Source: a virus
Lineage: Duplodnaviria > Caudoviricetes
IMG/VR virus record: IMGVR_UViG_3300026549_000054
Span: 40,767-104,766 of that record
Strand: one strand, 5' to 3'
DNA length: 64,000 nucleotides
Position 1 is the first letter of the stretch; each line of letters begins with the position of its first letter. The translations under genes and the position numbers were made by a program. Of the stretch, positions 9,579-19,689 are shown in pieces. The notes below the pieces were generated by a model, which ran no database searches, had not been told where the DNA came from, and saw only the letters and a program-made list of their open reading frames with translations.

Positions 9579-11411
9579 TTAATAGTAATAACCCGCTAAA
9601 CTATCGTTTTCTTTGAACTTTTTCGCCATTTCTTCGTGTTTTGGCGAGTTATAAGGGCATTTATCGTAATCTTCCATATCGGCTATACCATCCATTAAAT
9701 ACAAATTAGAATTAGTAATGTCTTCTGGGCAACCTTTAGGGAAGTGTTTCTCCAAATACTCTCTGTTATCGTAATCGTCATTTCTCAACCAATCAAAGTT
9801 GTCATAAGGAATACGAATACAATAAGCACCGTGTTCATTTGGCACATTCTTTTCTTCGTCCTTCAAATGAGCATATTCAGGCTTATATTGAAGTTCTTGT
9901 GTAAATGAACTGTAGTCTACGTGGTGGTGGATTCTTTCAAACTTGTAAATCATTGTCGCATATTGTGGATAAGTTTCAACAAGCAACTGTGATTTTGGAA
10001 TAGTTCCACCAATGTCCTTAGAATAGAACACTTCTGTATTACCGCCCTTAACGGCCTGCGTGTGCATCTTGTCTGCCAACATACAGTTGAATTGAACAGT
10101 ACACCAACCGTGACTTAGAACATCCAAAGACTGAATAGTATCTTCGTTATATCTTCCACGCTGCATAATATATGGGCAGTTCAAATTCCACAAACCATAA
10201 GAATAAATACGGGTGTTAATGATTACAGGTGGGATATGTTCTCCGCCGATAGCGAAGCATTCATAATTCAAACCTGCCAAACCAATGTTCGTAAATCGGT
10301 CAACGTATCGTTCGCAACTTCTAAAGATTTCAGGACTATGAGAAATGACTCTGCGACCTCTCCAATATCTTGTGAATTGGTCGGTGTTGTCATCCAAAAT
10401 CCAACACCAGTTTTGCTTCAAAGTATTTTTAGCATAATCAGCTGCCCAGTTTCTTGCTGCACCAGGGCCAGTTACTGGCTTACCATTTCTAGGGTCAATC
10501 TTACTTCCCAAATCAGGGTTAATGACATCGTACTTGTCCTTATAACTCATATCCATTTGTAGAATAGTACAGTATGGACTTTCATTCAATTTACATTTAA
10601 CATAATTGTCATAGTCCCAGTCTTCTACAACAATGTAATGGTTTACTTGCATCTTTGTAAGCTGGTGAGAAATGTGGTTTTTAAATTCACCACTTCTTCC
10701 ACGGGACACAACAAAGATAGGATATTTTGGCTGTTCACCACCCAACCAGCGAATACGATGCTTTGTGTGTTCTTGCCATTTCTGTATAGGGTACCAACAG
10801 TCTTCAGGGCTGATACCAAAACTTTGTTCAAAAATTTCCATTAACTGTTCAAGAGAATAGTCCTTCTTTTTGAAATACATTTGAATTTTTGTGAAGGAGT
10901 ATTCCTTGAAATTGAAAATGAACTCTGGCATATCTCGCCAGGAATCCCAATAATTCCAAGACTTTGCGTTGCGTGCTTTTAGATGTTTGTATTTGTTCTT
11001 GAATTTGAAATCTGGAAATCTTGCTTCTTCAGTGAAATTTGTCATTCGGTAGTCTTCAATTCTTTCGTGACACAAACCAATGTCATCAGATACCAAATTT
11101 CTTTTACGAGCATCAGCACAAATTCTCTTATACAATTTATCCAAATCTTCCTGGCAACGAACTTGCGTACTGAACTTCCAATAACCAGTATCTGTAACTT
11201 CTAAATCAGTGTAATTCTTAACCATTACACCATCTTTGTTGAAAAATCGGTATTCTTCGTTACCATATTTCAACATACTGATTTTGAAACCAAATTCTTC
11301 GCAGAAATCTTTTAAAGTATCTGGCTTGATTTTCATTGTTGCCATATCGTCTTTTGTTAAATATGGCTTACATTTCAACAATTCCAATAAGTCTTTTTTA
11401 TTTGATTGCAT
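9579..11411 (-). CDS. GT-A fold glycosyltransferase (TAGT/GREB1-like C-terminal domain), probable DNA base modification
   Basis: PKYPIFVVSRGR, GPGAARNW, WILDDN, RYNEDT, KGGNT motifs. Confidence 0.7.
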   Translation of the reverse strand: MQSNKKDLLELLKCKPYLTKDDMATMKIKPDTLKDFCEEFGFKISMLKYGNEEYRFFNKDGVMVKNYTDLEVTDTGYWKFSTQVRCQEDLDKLYKRICADARKRNLVSDDIGLCHERIEDYRMTNFTEEARFPDFKFKNKYKHLKARNAKSWNYWDSWRDMPEFIFNFKEYSFTKIQMYFKKKDYSLEQLMEIFEQSFGISPEDCWYPIQKWQEHTKHRIRWLGGEQPKYPIFVVSRGRSGEFKNHISHQLTKMQVNHYIVVEDWDYDNYVKCKLNESPYCTILQMDMSYKDKYDVINPDLGSKIDPRNGKPVTGPGAARNWAADYAKNTLKQNWCWILDDNTDQFTRYWRGRRVISHSPEIFRSCERYVDRFTNIGLAGLNYECFAIGGEHIPPVIINTRIYSYGLWNLNCPYIMQRGRYNEDTIQSLDVLSHGWCTVQFNCMLADKMHTQAVKGGNTEVFYSKDIGGTIPKSQLLVETYPQYATMIYKFERIHHHVDYSSFTQELQYKPEYAHLKDEEKNVPNEHGAYCIRIPYDNFDWLRNDDYDNREYLEKHFPKGCPEDITNSNLYLMDGIADMEDYDKCPYNSPKHEEMAKKFKENDSLAGYYY

Positions 11412-11416
11412 ATAAA

Positions 11417-11743
11417 TTATTCCTCAAAATCTTTGGCAATTTTATCTAATCTTTTTTGATTATCTTTTGCTTTATATATAAGCGAACATCCTTCGCTGAC
11501 TAATTCGCTAGTTAAACAATACAAATCATCAAATTTTGTTCTAAATAATTTTCCACCTTCATAATCTTTTCTAATTATTATGTTATCATAATTGAGTATC
11601 TTTACAGAAATTTTAACTGCATCTGGACACTGGTAATAACCAAATTCATTCCAGTCATCTTTCTTAAAATCAAATTTATTCGCAATCCAACCGATGTTAT
11701 AAAATGTCATCAGTAGTTCACTCAAATTGTATTTTCTATTCAT
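11417..11743 (-). CDS. DF-tail family protein
   Basis: Ends KRLDKIAKDFEE. Confidence 0.7.
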   Translation of the reverse strand: MNRKYNLSELLMTFYNIGWIANKFDFKKDDWNEFGYYQCPDAVKISVKILNYDNIIIRKDYEGGKLFRTKFDDLYCLTSELVSEGCSLIYKAKDNQKRLDKIAKDFEE

Positions 11744-11822
11744 ACACCAAAATATAGCAATAAAATAAAAAACCAGGAAAATTTTTATTTTTCCTGGTAC
11801 TGTTAAAATTTATTTGTTCAGA

Positions 11823-12749
11823 TTAGTTTGTGCGATAGCAGTAATATCCGCAATCAAGTGAAATTTCATCACCATCATAACGAGCCAAAAAATTAGCAGG
11901 ACCATCTGCATCTATGATTGCTTCAGCAAGTTTATTAAGGTTAATCAAGTTGTTTTTCTTAACAATTTCAGTAAATTGTTTCTTACCGAAGTTGTCAATA
12001 TACCATTGAACGTCATCACCATCATAATAATCTTCAAGATATTTTTCAACGGCTTCGTCTTCATCTACATCACCAAATTCTTCTTGGTATCTTTCAGGTT
12101 CACTTTCGTGAATATCAGATACATAGTATTCAGCATCTTCTTTCTTGGCATCTTCAAACCAACCAGTATCTACAAATTGTTCAATTCCACCAATGTTTTC
12201 AAAACGAATACCTTCAATGCCTACATCGTCAAAGAGTTCCTTACAATCTTCCTGAGCGGCTTCTTCTGCTTCGTCATAAGATTCGTAGCAATAGTATTCT
12301 TCATTACCAAATGTAACTTGAACAGCTAATTGACCTGGACCTTCATTGTATTCTACTTCAGCATCGGCATAGTCATTACCTGTGTATTCAGCAAGTTCAC
12401 GAACCATTGTCTTAATTTCGTCAGATTCACCTTCTAATGGGTCATCTTCAGTTTCTTCGTCATCTGGTTCTTCAGCTACATCTTCGTCTTCGGCTTCTTT
12501 CAAGATACGATAGCCAAAGGATTCGCAAACCTTCATAGCTTCAGCAAGGTCGGAACCTTCAACTTCTTCTATGAACATATCTTTAACAATAGGGAACAAA
12601 TCTCTATCATTAACTTCTTCATCCAAGTTAGCCTTTACATAAGCAAAACACTTCTGCAAGTTTGGTTCTCTGCCGTGTGTTTCACAAAATTCCTTATAGT
12701 CATTGACTAACAAATTAATCTCTGACATGTAACCTTCGTTAATTTTCAT
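11823..12749 (-). CDS. Acidic protein with internal copy of the leader motif
   Basis: DLAEAMKVCESFGYRILKEA; late promoter at 12781-12788. Confidence 0.7.
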   Translation of the reverse strand: MKINEGYMSEINLLVNDYKEFCETHGREPNLQKCFAYVKANLDEEVNDRDLFPIVKDMFIEEVEGSDLAEAMKVCESFGYRILKEAEDEDVAEEPDDEETEDDPLEGESDEIKTMVRELAEYTGNDYADAEVEYNEGPGQLAVQVTFGNEEYYCYESYDEAEEAAQEDCKELFDDVGIEGIRFENIGGIEQFVDTGWFEDAKKEDAEYYVSDIHESEPERYQEEFGDVDEDEAVEKYLEDYYDGDDVQWYIDNFGKKQFTEIVKKNNLINLNKLAEAIIDADGPANFLARYDGDEISLDCGYYCYRTN

Positions 12750-12820
12750 AATAACTCCTTCCTATAAAATTCGTTTATAGTATTTATAAATTTTTAGAAG
12801 TCTGTACTTATTTTCGCTAT

Positions 12821-13210
12821 TCATATTCTATTCAAGTGCCTTTTGTAGATTAAATCTATATCATTACTGATAGCCTTCGCAGTTTCAATGATTTTATCTA
12901 CATCTGATATATCGTATTTCTTCAGTTTCTTTTTGTTTGTTTTGTGTTTTTTGATTAGTTTTTCCAAATTACCGCCATGATGAACAAAATAATTAGTAGC
13001 TTTTGAATGCAAATAAGGACTAATTCCGAACCCCTTTTGAGTACAATTCTTTTTATTTGCTATTTTTTCAGGAGCAAAACCCCAAGTTAAAATAAGATTT
13101 GGTAGTATTTTAGAAGGGGTATTATTTAAAAAATAATTTAATGGCAATTCTTGTTTTATGTAGTCTTTAATTTCCTTTCGCATAGTTCTTGTAATACACT
13201 CCAAGTTCAC
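12821..13210 (-). CDS. Hypothetical protein
   Basis: ORF within minus-strand operon. Confidence 0.55.
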   Translation of the reverse strand: MNLECITRTMRKEIKDYIKQELPLNYFLNNTPSKILPNLILTWGFAPEKIANKKNCTQKGFGISPYLHSKATNYFVHHGGNLEKLIKKHKTNKKKLKKYDISDVDKIIETAKAISNDIDLIYKRHLNRI

Positions 13211-13781
13211 AAATTTTATCCAAAGTATTAGTTAAGTTATTCAATCGTTCTTCAATCTTATCATTCTTTTCTTTTAGGACTTTAACTGCCAATCTTTCTT
13301 CTTCCAAATTGTGCTTATGGATTTCCAAATCCTTATTCTTCGCATCAATTTCGTCTTTCTGTTTGGCTATAATTCCATTCAACTTTGTGATTTCATCCAA
13401 ACCGTGAGAAGTATTAACATTCTGTCTTAAAATGGTTTCGGACTGGTTCTTGATAAGTTCATTCTTTTCTGCCAATTCTTGTACTGTCTTTGCAGTTTGG
13501 ATTTTGTATTCACAAATTGTTTCTGTATTTTCTTTGATTATATTTTCTTTCTTAATGAGTTCGCCTTGAAGAACGTCCATATCCTTCTTTAGAGCAGCCG
13601 TATCTTCAGCATACTTTGTTTTAAGATTTTCAAGTTCTTCTTTGGCTGTGCTATACCATTTTACAATTTCATCAAGTGCTTCATCCACATATTTTGCTTC
13701 ATAAGCATCAATCGTAACTGTTTTACCCGCAGGCCAAACTTTTCTAGTAACTTCAATTTTGTTTAATTCTTCGTATTTCAT
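13167..13781 (-). CDS. Coiled-coil protein
   Basis: Heptad-like K/E/L-rich sequence; GAGGTG RBS. Confidence 0.7.
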   Translation of the reverse strand: MKYEELNKIEVTRKVWPAGKTVTIDAYEAKYVDEALDEIVKWYSTAKEELENLKTKYAEDTAALKKDMDVLQGELIKKENIIKENTETICEYKIQTAKTVQELAEKNELIKNQSETILRQNVNTSHGLDEITKLNGIIAKQKDEIDAKNKDLEIHKHNLEEERLAVKVLKEKNDKIEERLNNLTNTLDKICELGVYYKNYAKGN

Positions 13782-13793
13782 TAAATCACCTCA

Positions 13794-14345
13794 CTAAAAA
13801 TCATTGTTTATATTTATAATTTTGGTTATCTGATTTTGGATTTTAGTTTTTGTTTCTTTACGAAGTTGCTTAATTTCTTCTTCTTTCCTGTTAATTAAAG
13901 CCATCGTTTTCAATAAATTTTTAACTTCAGGTTTCTTATAAAATTCTACAACTTCTTTATATGTTGTTTCCATTTCAGTTAATTTGTTATCCAAATCTTC
14001 TAAACTATTTACTGGTTTCCAATCCCACTGAATATCTTGGAAATCCTGAATTTCTTGAAGTTTAGGTGGCATACAGATGTCTTTGATAAAACCATCACTT
14101 ATCCTTAGAACTGAAAAATCATTTGGAACATTTACTACTTTCTTCGCAAAAGCCAAATTCTTAAACTTAGAAAACTTCACATATTCATCATCGCCATAAT
14201 TAGCCTGAAAATTGTACATATCTCCCTTATACTTCTTATCCAAAATTTGTATGAATTTCGTATAATTAACCTGTACATTATGTTTGGCAAGTATTTCGTC
14301 TACTTGCTTACACATATCCCAATCAAATTTAATTACATTTATCAT
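13794..14345 (-). CDS. DF-tail family protein
   Basis: Ends KIININNDF. Confidence 0.7.
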   Translation of the reverse strand: MINVIKFDWDMCKQVDEILAKHNVQVNYTKFIQILDKKYKGDMYNFQANYGDDEYVKFSKFKNLAFAKKVVNVPNDFSVLRISDGFIKDICMPPKLQEIQDFQDIQWDWKPVNSLEDLDNKLTEMETTYKEVVEFYKKPEVKNLLKTMALINRKEEEIKQLRKETKTKIQNQITKIININNDF

Positions 14346-14647
14346 TTGAAGTCCTCCTTTAATTTTTCAGTTCGTTTTTGTTCTTTAATTTGTTTGAACC
14401 ATAAAGATTTTCTATCAAAAAATGCTCTTAATTTATCTTCTTTATTAAACAGTGTAAAACCATCTATATTAGCTGTGTCATCTTTTTCAGGAATAAAATG
14501 GTAATCTTCCCCATAAGGATTTGAAATATAATCAAAATATCCAATTCGTTCACCCATAAAATAAACACCACTGGAAATTGAAATCTTCAGTGAATAATCA
14601 CCAAATACTTTAAACAGTTCCTTCATCGTCATCAGTAAAATCCTCAT
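14342..14647 (-). CDS. DF-tail family protein
   Basis: Ends RTEKLKEDFK. Confidence 0.7.
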   Translation of the reverse strand: MRILLMTMKELFKVFGDYSLKISISSGVYFMGERIGYFDYISNPYGEDYHFIPEKDDTANIDGFTLFNKEDKLRAFFDRKSLWFKQIKEQKRTEKLKEDFK

Positions 14648-14954
14648 TCAGTTCTCTTATTTTCAATTCCTGTTTGTATTTCTTATATACAAGGTCAAAT
14701 TCCATAAATTTTAATCTGCAAAATTCGTAACAATCACCATTAGTTCCGAAAATCAAAGTATAAACTAAACCATTCTTGTCTATACCAGTTAAATATGAAT
14801 TTAAATCATAAGTTCCATTAGTACACCTGAAATCAAATACATCTGGAACATTATGGTTTATAATTGGCATTGACAAAGTAATAGAATTTGTATACTTGTT
14901 TTTTAACAAATTAAATTCTTCTGCCAATTTAATTATATCATCATAGTTAATCAA
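14610..14954 (-). CDS. DF-tail family protein
   Basis: KIRELNEDF near C-terminus. Confidence 0.7.
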   Translation of the reverse strand: MINYDDIIKLAEEFNLLKNKYTNSITLSMPIINHNVPDVFDFRCTNGTYDLNSYLTGIDKNGLVYTLIFGTNGDCYEFCRLKFMEFDLVYKKYKQELKIRELNEDFTDDDEGTV

Positions 14955-15210
14955 AGTCGCTCTCCATTTTCCCGAGTTTCTTCCAAAGTAGTCTTTGCTT
15001 TAATTCTAACATTTTATCGTTTAAATACTCTTTTAAACTTTCTTCTTTTGTTGTTGCTATTACACCCTTATCAGTATACAAAAATGTTTTCTGTCCACTT
15101 GAAGAAAAATCGCAAATACAATAATCACCTGACATGGCTTGATAAAATATATCTTTCTTTACTTTCAAACCATATTCTTCACATATTCGTAAAAATGATG
15201 GTAGTGTCAT
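14947..15210 (-). CDS. DF-tail family protein
   Basis: Ends KKLGKMESDFD. Confidence 0.7.
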   Translation of the reverse strand: MTLPSFLRICEEYGLKVKKDIFYQAMSGDYCICDFSSSGQKTFLYTDKGVIATTKEESLKEYLNDKMLELKQRLLWKKLGKMESDFD

Positions 15211-15599
15211 TCAAAGTCCTTCTTCATACTCACAATTCGTTTGTTCGCACCAAACTGTTTCTTGTAAAGAGAAAACTGACTATATGTTTCAATCAGATTC
15301 TTACAATGTTTCCTTAGTTCTTTAAGACTCCAAATTTCTTCTGCTTCATCATCACCACCCCACATAATTTTCAAATTATTACTGTGGCTGTTATATTCTA
15401 ATTTCATACAAGTTCGGCAAAAGGCATAATCGTCTGATGGGTCATATAAGAACACAGGACAATAGTAACCATCTTCGTCCTTGATTTTCGTGCCAGGAAA
15501 AGTTGCTACATAACAATCGTGTGATTTATCAAATTTATAACTCAGCTTAAGTTCTGTGGCTAATTTTTTAAGACTGTCTTTGTTAATTTCATCGTTCAT
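15207..15599 (-). CDS. DF-tail family protein
   Basis: Ends KRIVSMKKDFE. Confidence 0.7.
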   Translation of the reverse strand: MNDEINKDSLKKLATELKLSYKFDKSHDCYVATFPGTKIKDEDGYYCPVFLYDPSDDYAFCRTCMKLEYNSHSNNLKIMWGGDDEAEEIWSLKELRKHCKNLIETYSQFSLYKKQFGANKRIVSMKKDFE

Positions 15600-15865
15600 T
15601 CAAAGTCTCTCTCCATTTTTAAAATCTTTCTTTCTAATTCTTGTTGTTTCAAATATATCAAAATTTCATTTAACCATTCTCTACAGGCACTTTCCGTACT
15701 TGTAGCATAATAATATCCGTCCTCATCCAACACATAAATTAAACCAGTACTCAATAAGTACATTACAACTCTACCGCGATAACAAGCAATAGGGTCACCA
15801 TTAATCGGGTCCATTCTCAATTCAAATCCATATTCCTCAACAAGTTTATTAAATACTTTTTTCAT
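15596..15865 (-). CDS. DF-tail family protein
   Basis: Ends RKILKMERDFE. Confidence 0.7.
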   Translation of the reverse strand: MKKVFNKLVEEYGFELRMDPINGDPIACYRGRVVMYLLSTGLIYVLDEDGYYYATSTESACREWLNEILIYLKQQELERKILKMERDFE

Positions 15866-16134
15866 TTGAAATCACTCTCCAATGCCTGTTCCTTAAAATG
15901 TACTTTCCACTTCTTAATTATTGGAATATATGCTTTAACACATTCTTCAGCAAATTTTATATCTTCTGTTTGTTCATACATTCTGGTTTTAGTGTTATAC
16001 ACAATCAAACCGTTAAATCCAGCTTCAATAACATAATAATTACAGTATTTTCCTAATGTTTCTTGTCTTCTGTGTTCTATTACTAAGCCAAATTTAGCAC
16101 TTAATTCGTGTACTGTCTGTTCCCATTTAGTCAA
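15862..16134 (-). CDS. DF-tail family protein
   Basis: Ends KEQALESDFK. Confidence 0.7.
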   Translation of the reverse strand: MTKWEQTVHELSAKFGLVIEHRRQETLGKYCNYYVIEAGFNGLIVYNTKTRMYEQTEDIKFAEECVKAYIPIIKKWKVHFKEQALESDFK

Positions 16135-16375
16135 AATCTTGCCCCAGTTGATATAGTCTTTTTTCGTTCTTTTCTGCTTTAATTTTCCTTAGACATTCAC
16201 CAATCCGTAATCTTGCTTCTTCTTTAGTTCCAACAAACTTTTTCATTAAACGATTAGTTCGGATATAAATTGTGTTATACATTAGGGACATCACGTATGT
16301 ATCGTCATAAGTGGCATATTTTATTACACCATCTTCAACTGTCAATCCAAATTCACTAACCAATTCTTCAAACAA
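16127..16375 (-). CDS. DF-tail family protein
   Basis: Ends KRLYQLGQDFD. Confidence 0.7.
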   Translation of the reverse strand: MFEELVSEFGLTVEDGVIKYATYDDTYVMSLMYNTIYIRTNRLMKKFVGTKEEARLRIGECLRKIKAEKNEKRLYQLGQDFD

Positions 16376-16646
16376 AATCTGCCTCCATTTTTCTCAATCT
16401 TTCTTTCCCAAGTTCTTTCTTAAATTCCAACTCCGCCCTAGCAATATAAGCTAAACACTTTTCTAATTTATCCACTGCATCATCCAAATTATCTGCGTAT
16501 TGAAATCCAAAATCCGAACCTAACCAAATACTTAAACTATTTGTTCCAGGAAAATATAACATAACTGCATAGCCTAAATAACGAGCCACATTATTCTCTA
16601 CTTCAAACTTGTGTTCATTACTTAGTTTTTCAAAAATTTCTTTCAT
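16368..16646 (-). CDS. DF-tail family protein
   Basis: Ends ERLRKMEADFV. Confidence 0.7.
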   Translation of the reverse strand: MKEIFEKLSNEHKFEVENNVARYLGYAVMLYFPGTNSLSIWLGSDFGFQYADNLDDAVDKLEKCLAYIARAELEFKKELGKERLRKMEADFV

Positions 16647-16975
16647 TAGAAATCCTTCGCAATCTTCTTCAGTTTAATTTCTAATTCTTCTTTTTTAGTT
16701 TCTATAATAGTGTTTTTCAAAATTACTTCTATATCAGATTTTAAATCCATATAATTACTAAAATTATGACCCATCCATACTGAAACTTTACCATCGGAAT
16801 TATCATACATCAATACAACTAAATCCTTATAAATGCAGTAAATGTAATTTTCCTGTCTCTCGGCTTTCAATCCATAAGATATAACAAGTTCATTAAGTTC
16901 ATTATTAGTCATAACTGACATTTCTCCATAGAAAATTAAAAATTTTATAAGCGCAGATTTTTTTCTAACACCCAT
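16646..16975 (-). CDS. DF-tail family protein (true start probably near 16921)
   Basis: Ends KLKKIAKDF; GGAG precedes MSVMTN. Confidence 0.7.
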   Translation of the reverse strand: MGVRKKSALIKFLIFYGEMSVMTNNELNELVISYGLKAERQENYIYCIYKDLVVLMYDNSDGKVSVWMGHNFSNYMDLKSDIEVILKNTIIETKKEELEIKLKKIAKDF

Positions 16976-17070
16976 TTTCCTATAATATAGAAACTTTCCT
17001 ATAACTTAGCAATATACAGAAAACACATTTTTTCCATAGAATACTTCATTTTTATAAGTGCTGATTTTTT
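16922..17070. repeat. Imperfect direct repeat, about 42 bp x2
   Basis: ttctccatagaaaattaaaaattttataagcgcagattttt vs ttttccatagaatacttcatttttataagtgctgattttt. Confidence 0.6.
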
Positions 17071-17444
17071 TATTTTGCCCATATAGAGCGAAAAAGAGAA
17101 CTGTTGCCTTAGCAACCCTAATTGGGTATTTTTCAGTACTTCTAGACCGAATTTTTGTATCAGATTTTTTTCAGATGCCACCCAGATTAAGAAACTGACG
17201 ACTGATTTTTGATAGAGCTTTGGTTCGCCACCATTCGCCCATACACCCCCTATATGCCCTTAATACAAATTTTCAGACCCATCTGACATCCATCCTGCGA
17301 AAAATATGCCCAAAAACGGGCATTTTTGGGTCATTTTTGGGGTCTAGGAAATGACATATTTAGGGTCCCATTTTGGGTTGTATTTTATGACATACGCACT
17401 TTCGGCAGTTCAACTGGGTCAGCTCGGGACTGTCAGTAGGACCT

Positions 17445-17828
17445 TTAGAAGTCGGACTGGAGGCGGTCTTGTCGGCGTTGAATCTCAAATTCTTTCAGTT
17501 CCTTGACCAGACGATTGAACTTCAAACACATTAACTTGAAAAGTTTAGGGCTAAATTGAGAGACTGAGAACAAAAAGATATGTTGATTATCTCTATCAAT
17601 GTTAGCGGGCATATATAGGGAATCTTTAATTATATTATATTCTAGGATAAAAAAACCTTGAACATATTTAGAAGGTATGATGGCATTGATAATATATTGG
17701 GTTTGAAGGTTAATAGTAAGGTTATATTCCTTACATAGTGAATAGAATAGTTCTTTATTTGAAATCTTCATTTGCTTTTTCAATTCGTTTCCTCTCAATA
17801 ATACCTTTAAGGAATAAAACGGCTTCAT
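17445..17828 (-). CDS. DF-tail family protein (start probably near 17771)
   Basis: Ends RQDRLQSDF. Confidence 0.65.
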   Translation of the reverse strand: MKPFYSLKVLLRGNELKKQMKISNKELFYSLCKEYNLTINLQTQYIINAIIPSKYVQGFFILEYNIIKDSLYMPANIDRDNQHIFLFSVSQFSPKLFKLMCLKFNRLVKELKEFEIQRRQDRLQSDF

Positions 17829-18072
17829 TTATAATAGGGATGGCCTTATCAACAGACTTAGTATCTGTATGGAAGAATTCGGGAGAACCCCAACGAAGTA
17901 TATGAATTTTATTAGTAACTTGGAATACAGGTTTACCTTTATAGAAACCTGTATAGGTATGTTCATAATTATATAATGGACGAACTGTGTCTTTAACTTC
18001 TGTAACATAGGGACGCAGTTTATCAACTACTTCTTCTGCATTGAAGGTATAATTTAATTTAGAAGTCCGCAT
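17755..18072 (-). CDS. DF-tail family protein
   Basis: Ends RIEKANEDFK. Confidence 0.7.
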   Translation of the reverse strand: MRTSKLNYTFNAEEVVDKLRPYVTEVKDTVRPLYNYEHTYTGFYKGKPVFQVTNKIHILRWGSPEFFHTDTKSVDKAIPIINEAVLFLKGIIERKRIEKANEDFK

Positions 18073-18373
18073 TTATTTGTGTTATCCTCAATAGGTTATC
18101 AAATTCTTTTATATTTCTCAAAGTGGTAGATAAGGCTTTTAGGGCGGGCTTTTCGGATTTATAAGTCTTTGTAGTCCAATCGGCCCATACCTTAAGTTTA
18201 CCTTCACTATCATATTTTTTATGGTTATTGATGATATGAATGGTTATATCTTTATCTGCCTTATTATAATAAAACAGATAGTAATTAGGGTCCTTATATC
18301 TACCTTCAATAGAATAATTTGTTTCATTAACAATAGGTACTAAAGCTTTAAATTTATCTACATTAGCAATCAT
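18059..18373 (-). CDS. DF-tail family protein
   Basis: Ends RITQINADF. Confidence 0.7.
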   Translation of the reverse strand: MIANVDKFKALVPIVNETNYSIEGRYKDPNYYLFYYNKADKDITIHIINNHKKYDSEGKLKVWADWTTKTYKSEKPALKALSTTLRNIKEFDNLLRITQINADF

Positions 18374-18683
18374 CTTGAATTCTCTTAAGTTTTTCGTGAT
18401 AACCAGGAAATTTAAGTTCTAGGAAAGTATCTTTGATTTTAGGTAATAAACGGCGGACATCAAAGAAGTTCTTACAGACTTCAAAATCCCATTCAAGTTC
18501 ATTAAAGTCTTTTATATAATTAACACCCATAATATGTTCACCGAAATAAGTAAACATTGTATAATTATAGTTACTGATTGAATGATTCAAGTGCCCGATT
18601 ATCCAGCCACCTTGGGTTTTAAATTCCATATAAGGACTAAGTAAATCTTTTACTTTCTTCCATTCAAGTTCTTTAAAAGTCAT
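18363..18683 (-). CDS. DF-tail family protein (variant tail)
   Basis: Ends KLKRIQDDC. Confidence 0.7.
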   Translation of the reverse strand: MTFKELEWKKVKDLLSPYMEFKTQGGWIIGHLNHSISNYNYTMFTYFGEHIMGVNYIKDFNELEWDFEVCKNFFDVRRLLPKIKDTFLELKFPGYHEKLKRIQDDC

Positions 18684-19032
18684 CTTTAATCTTCTTCAAT
18701 CGTTTAGATTCTAAGTGTCTTTTATAGTTTCGTTCAAATCGGGATAGTTTAGCGAGAAGATAATCTAACTTTCTGTAAGCTTCTTCTATGGTTGTATACT
18801 TACCCCAACCAATACAGGCTATATCGGAATCACCCGGAGTGTATTCAAAGTCATTTACAATTAAGAAGTTATTATGGTCATCAATCTTAACTGTGTAACC
18901 ATAGAACTCTAGGCCTGACGGGAAATTATAACAATTCCAACCATCAATCTTACTCAATGAATACTTTAGAACACAAGCATTCAACAGCTCTTGTGCAGTA
19001 AGTGTGTCCTTAGCCATAGTTAGTATCTCCAT
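18673..19032 (-). CDS. DF-tail family protein
   Basis: Ends KRLKKIKDDF. Confidence 0.7.
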   Translation of the reverse strand: MEILTMAKDTLTAQELLNACVLKYSLSKIDGWNCYNFPSGLEFYGYTVKIDDHNNFLIVNDFEYTPGDSDIACIGWGKYTTIEEAYRKLDYLLAKLSRFERNYKRHLESKRLKKIKDDF

Positions 19033-19063
19033 ATCCCCAGGTTTACTGGGGCTTGTACGTCAA

Positions 19064-19552
19064 TTACTGTAGATTACTGACAATCTCGTCAAACATTCCG
19101 TCAATGGATTTGGCTTTAGAGAACAGTACAGAATGTCCACCTGCCTCACGGTAGTTCGTTACATTCTTTTCCTTATCGTCAATTAGGATAGAATCGGGCG
19201 TAGCTTCTTTATGCTTAAAATTACCATTGTTGATAATCTTAATAAGCTCTGCCGGAATGAATGGAGCATACTTCTTTAACCAAGCTTTCTTTCCACTCTT
19301 ACCTTCCCAAAGGTGAACTGCAGAGAAGATACCAACCTCAATGTCGGGATTCTCTTTAACATATTCTTCAACCTTCTTCAAGAGCATAAGGCCCTCTGGG
19401 ATTGGCTTCATATCACTCCAAAATGACGGACCAATCTCCTTCATCTTATTCCAATTACACTTATGAACATCGGGTTTCCAACATTCAAGTTCGTCACAAC
19501 GGCCCTCAAAATCACAAAGCACACCGTCCATATCAAAGTAAATCGTTTTCAT
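19064..19552 (-). CDS. HAD-family 5'(3')-deoxyribonucleotidase-like phosphatase
   Basis: IYFDMDGVLCDF, GKKAWL, ILIDD motifs. Confidence 0.85.
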   Translation of the reverse strand: MKTIYFDMDGVLCDFEGRCDELECWKPDVHKCNWNKMKEIGPSFWSDMKPIPEGLMLLKKVEEYVKENPDIEVGIFSAVHLWEGKSGKKAWLKKYAPFIPAELIKIINNGNFKHKEATPDSILIDDKEKNVTNYREAGGHSVLFSKAKSIDGMFDEIVSNLQ

Positions 19553-19575
19553 TTAAACCTCTTTTTTATATAACA

Positions 19576-19604
19576 AATATAGATTATTTTGCGGTATTTG
19601 TCAA
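19576..19604 (-). promoter_or_regulatory. Sigma70-type early promoter, representative of about 18 copies
   Basis: TTGACA-N17-TATATT; other -35 boxes end near 21103, 23872, 24339, 26689, 30027, 33260, 33445, 35254, 36891, 38065, 39639, 43016, 45077, 46492, 47187, 53610, 54240. Confidence 0.85.
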
Positions 19605-19689
19605 TTAAAGTTATGTAAACTTTTATAAACAAAAAATGCTCCCGTTTGATAGGGAGCGGTAGGAATACACATGAACAGTTAAAAAAAGT

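Noticed and set aside
16999-17181. 60-aa ORF resembling the N-terminal extension of 16646-16975
   Set aside because: The similarity comes from a DNA direct repeat in a non-coding gap; no RBS.
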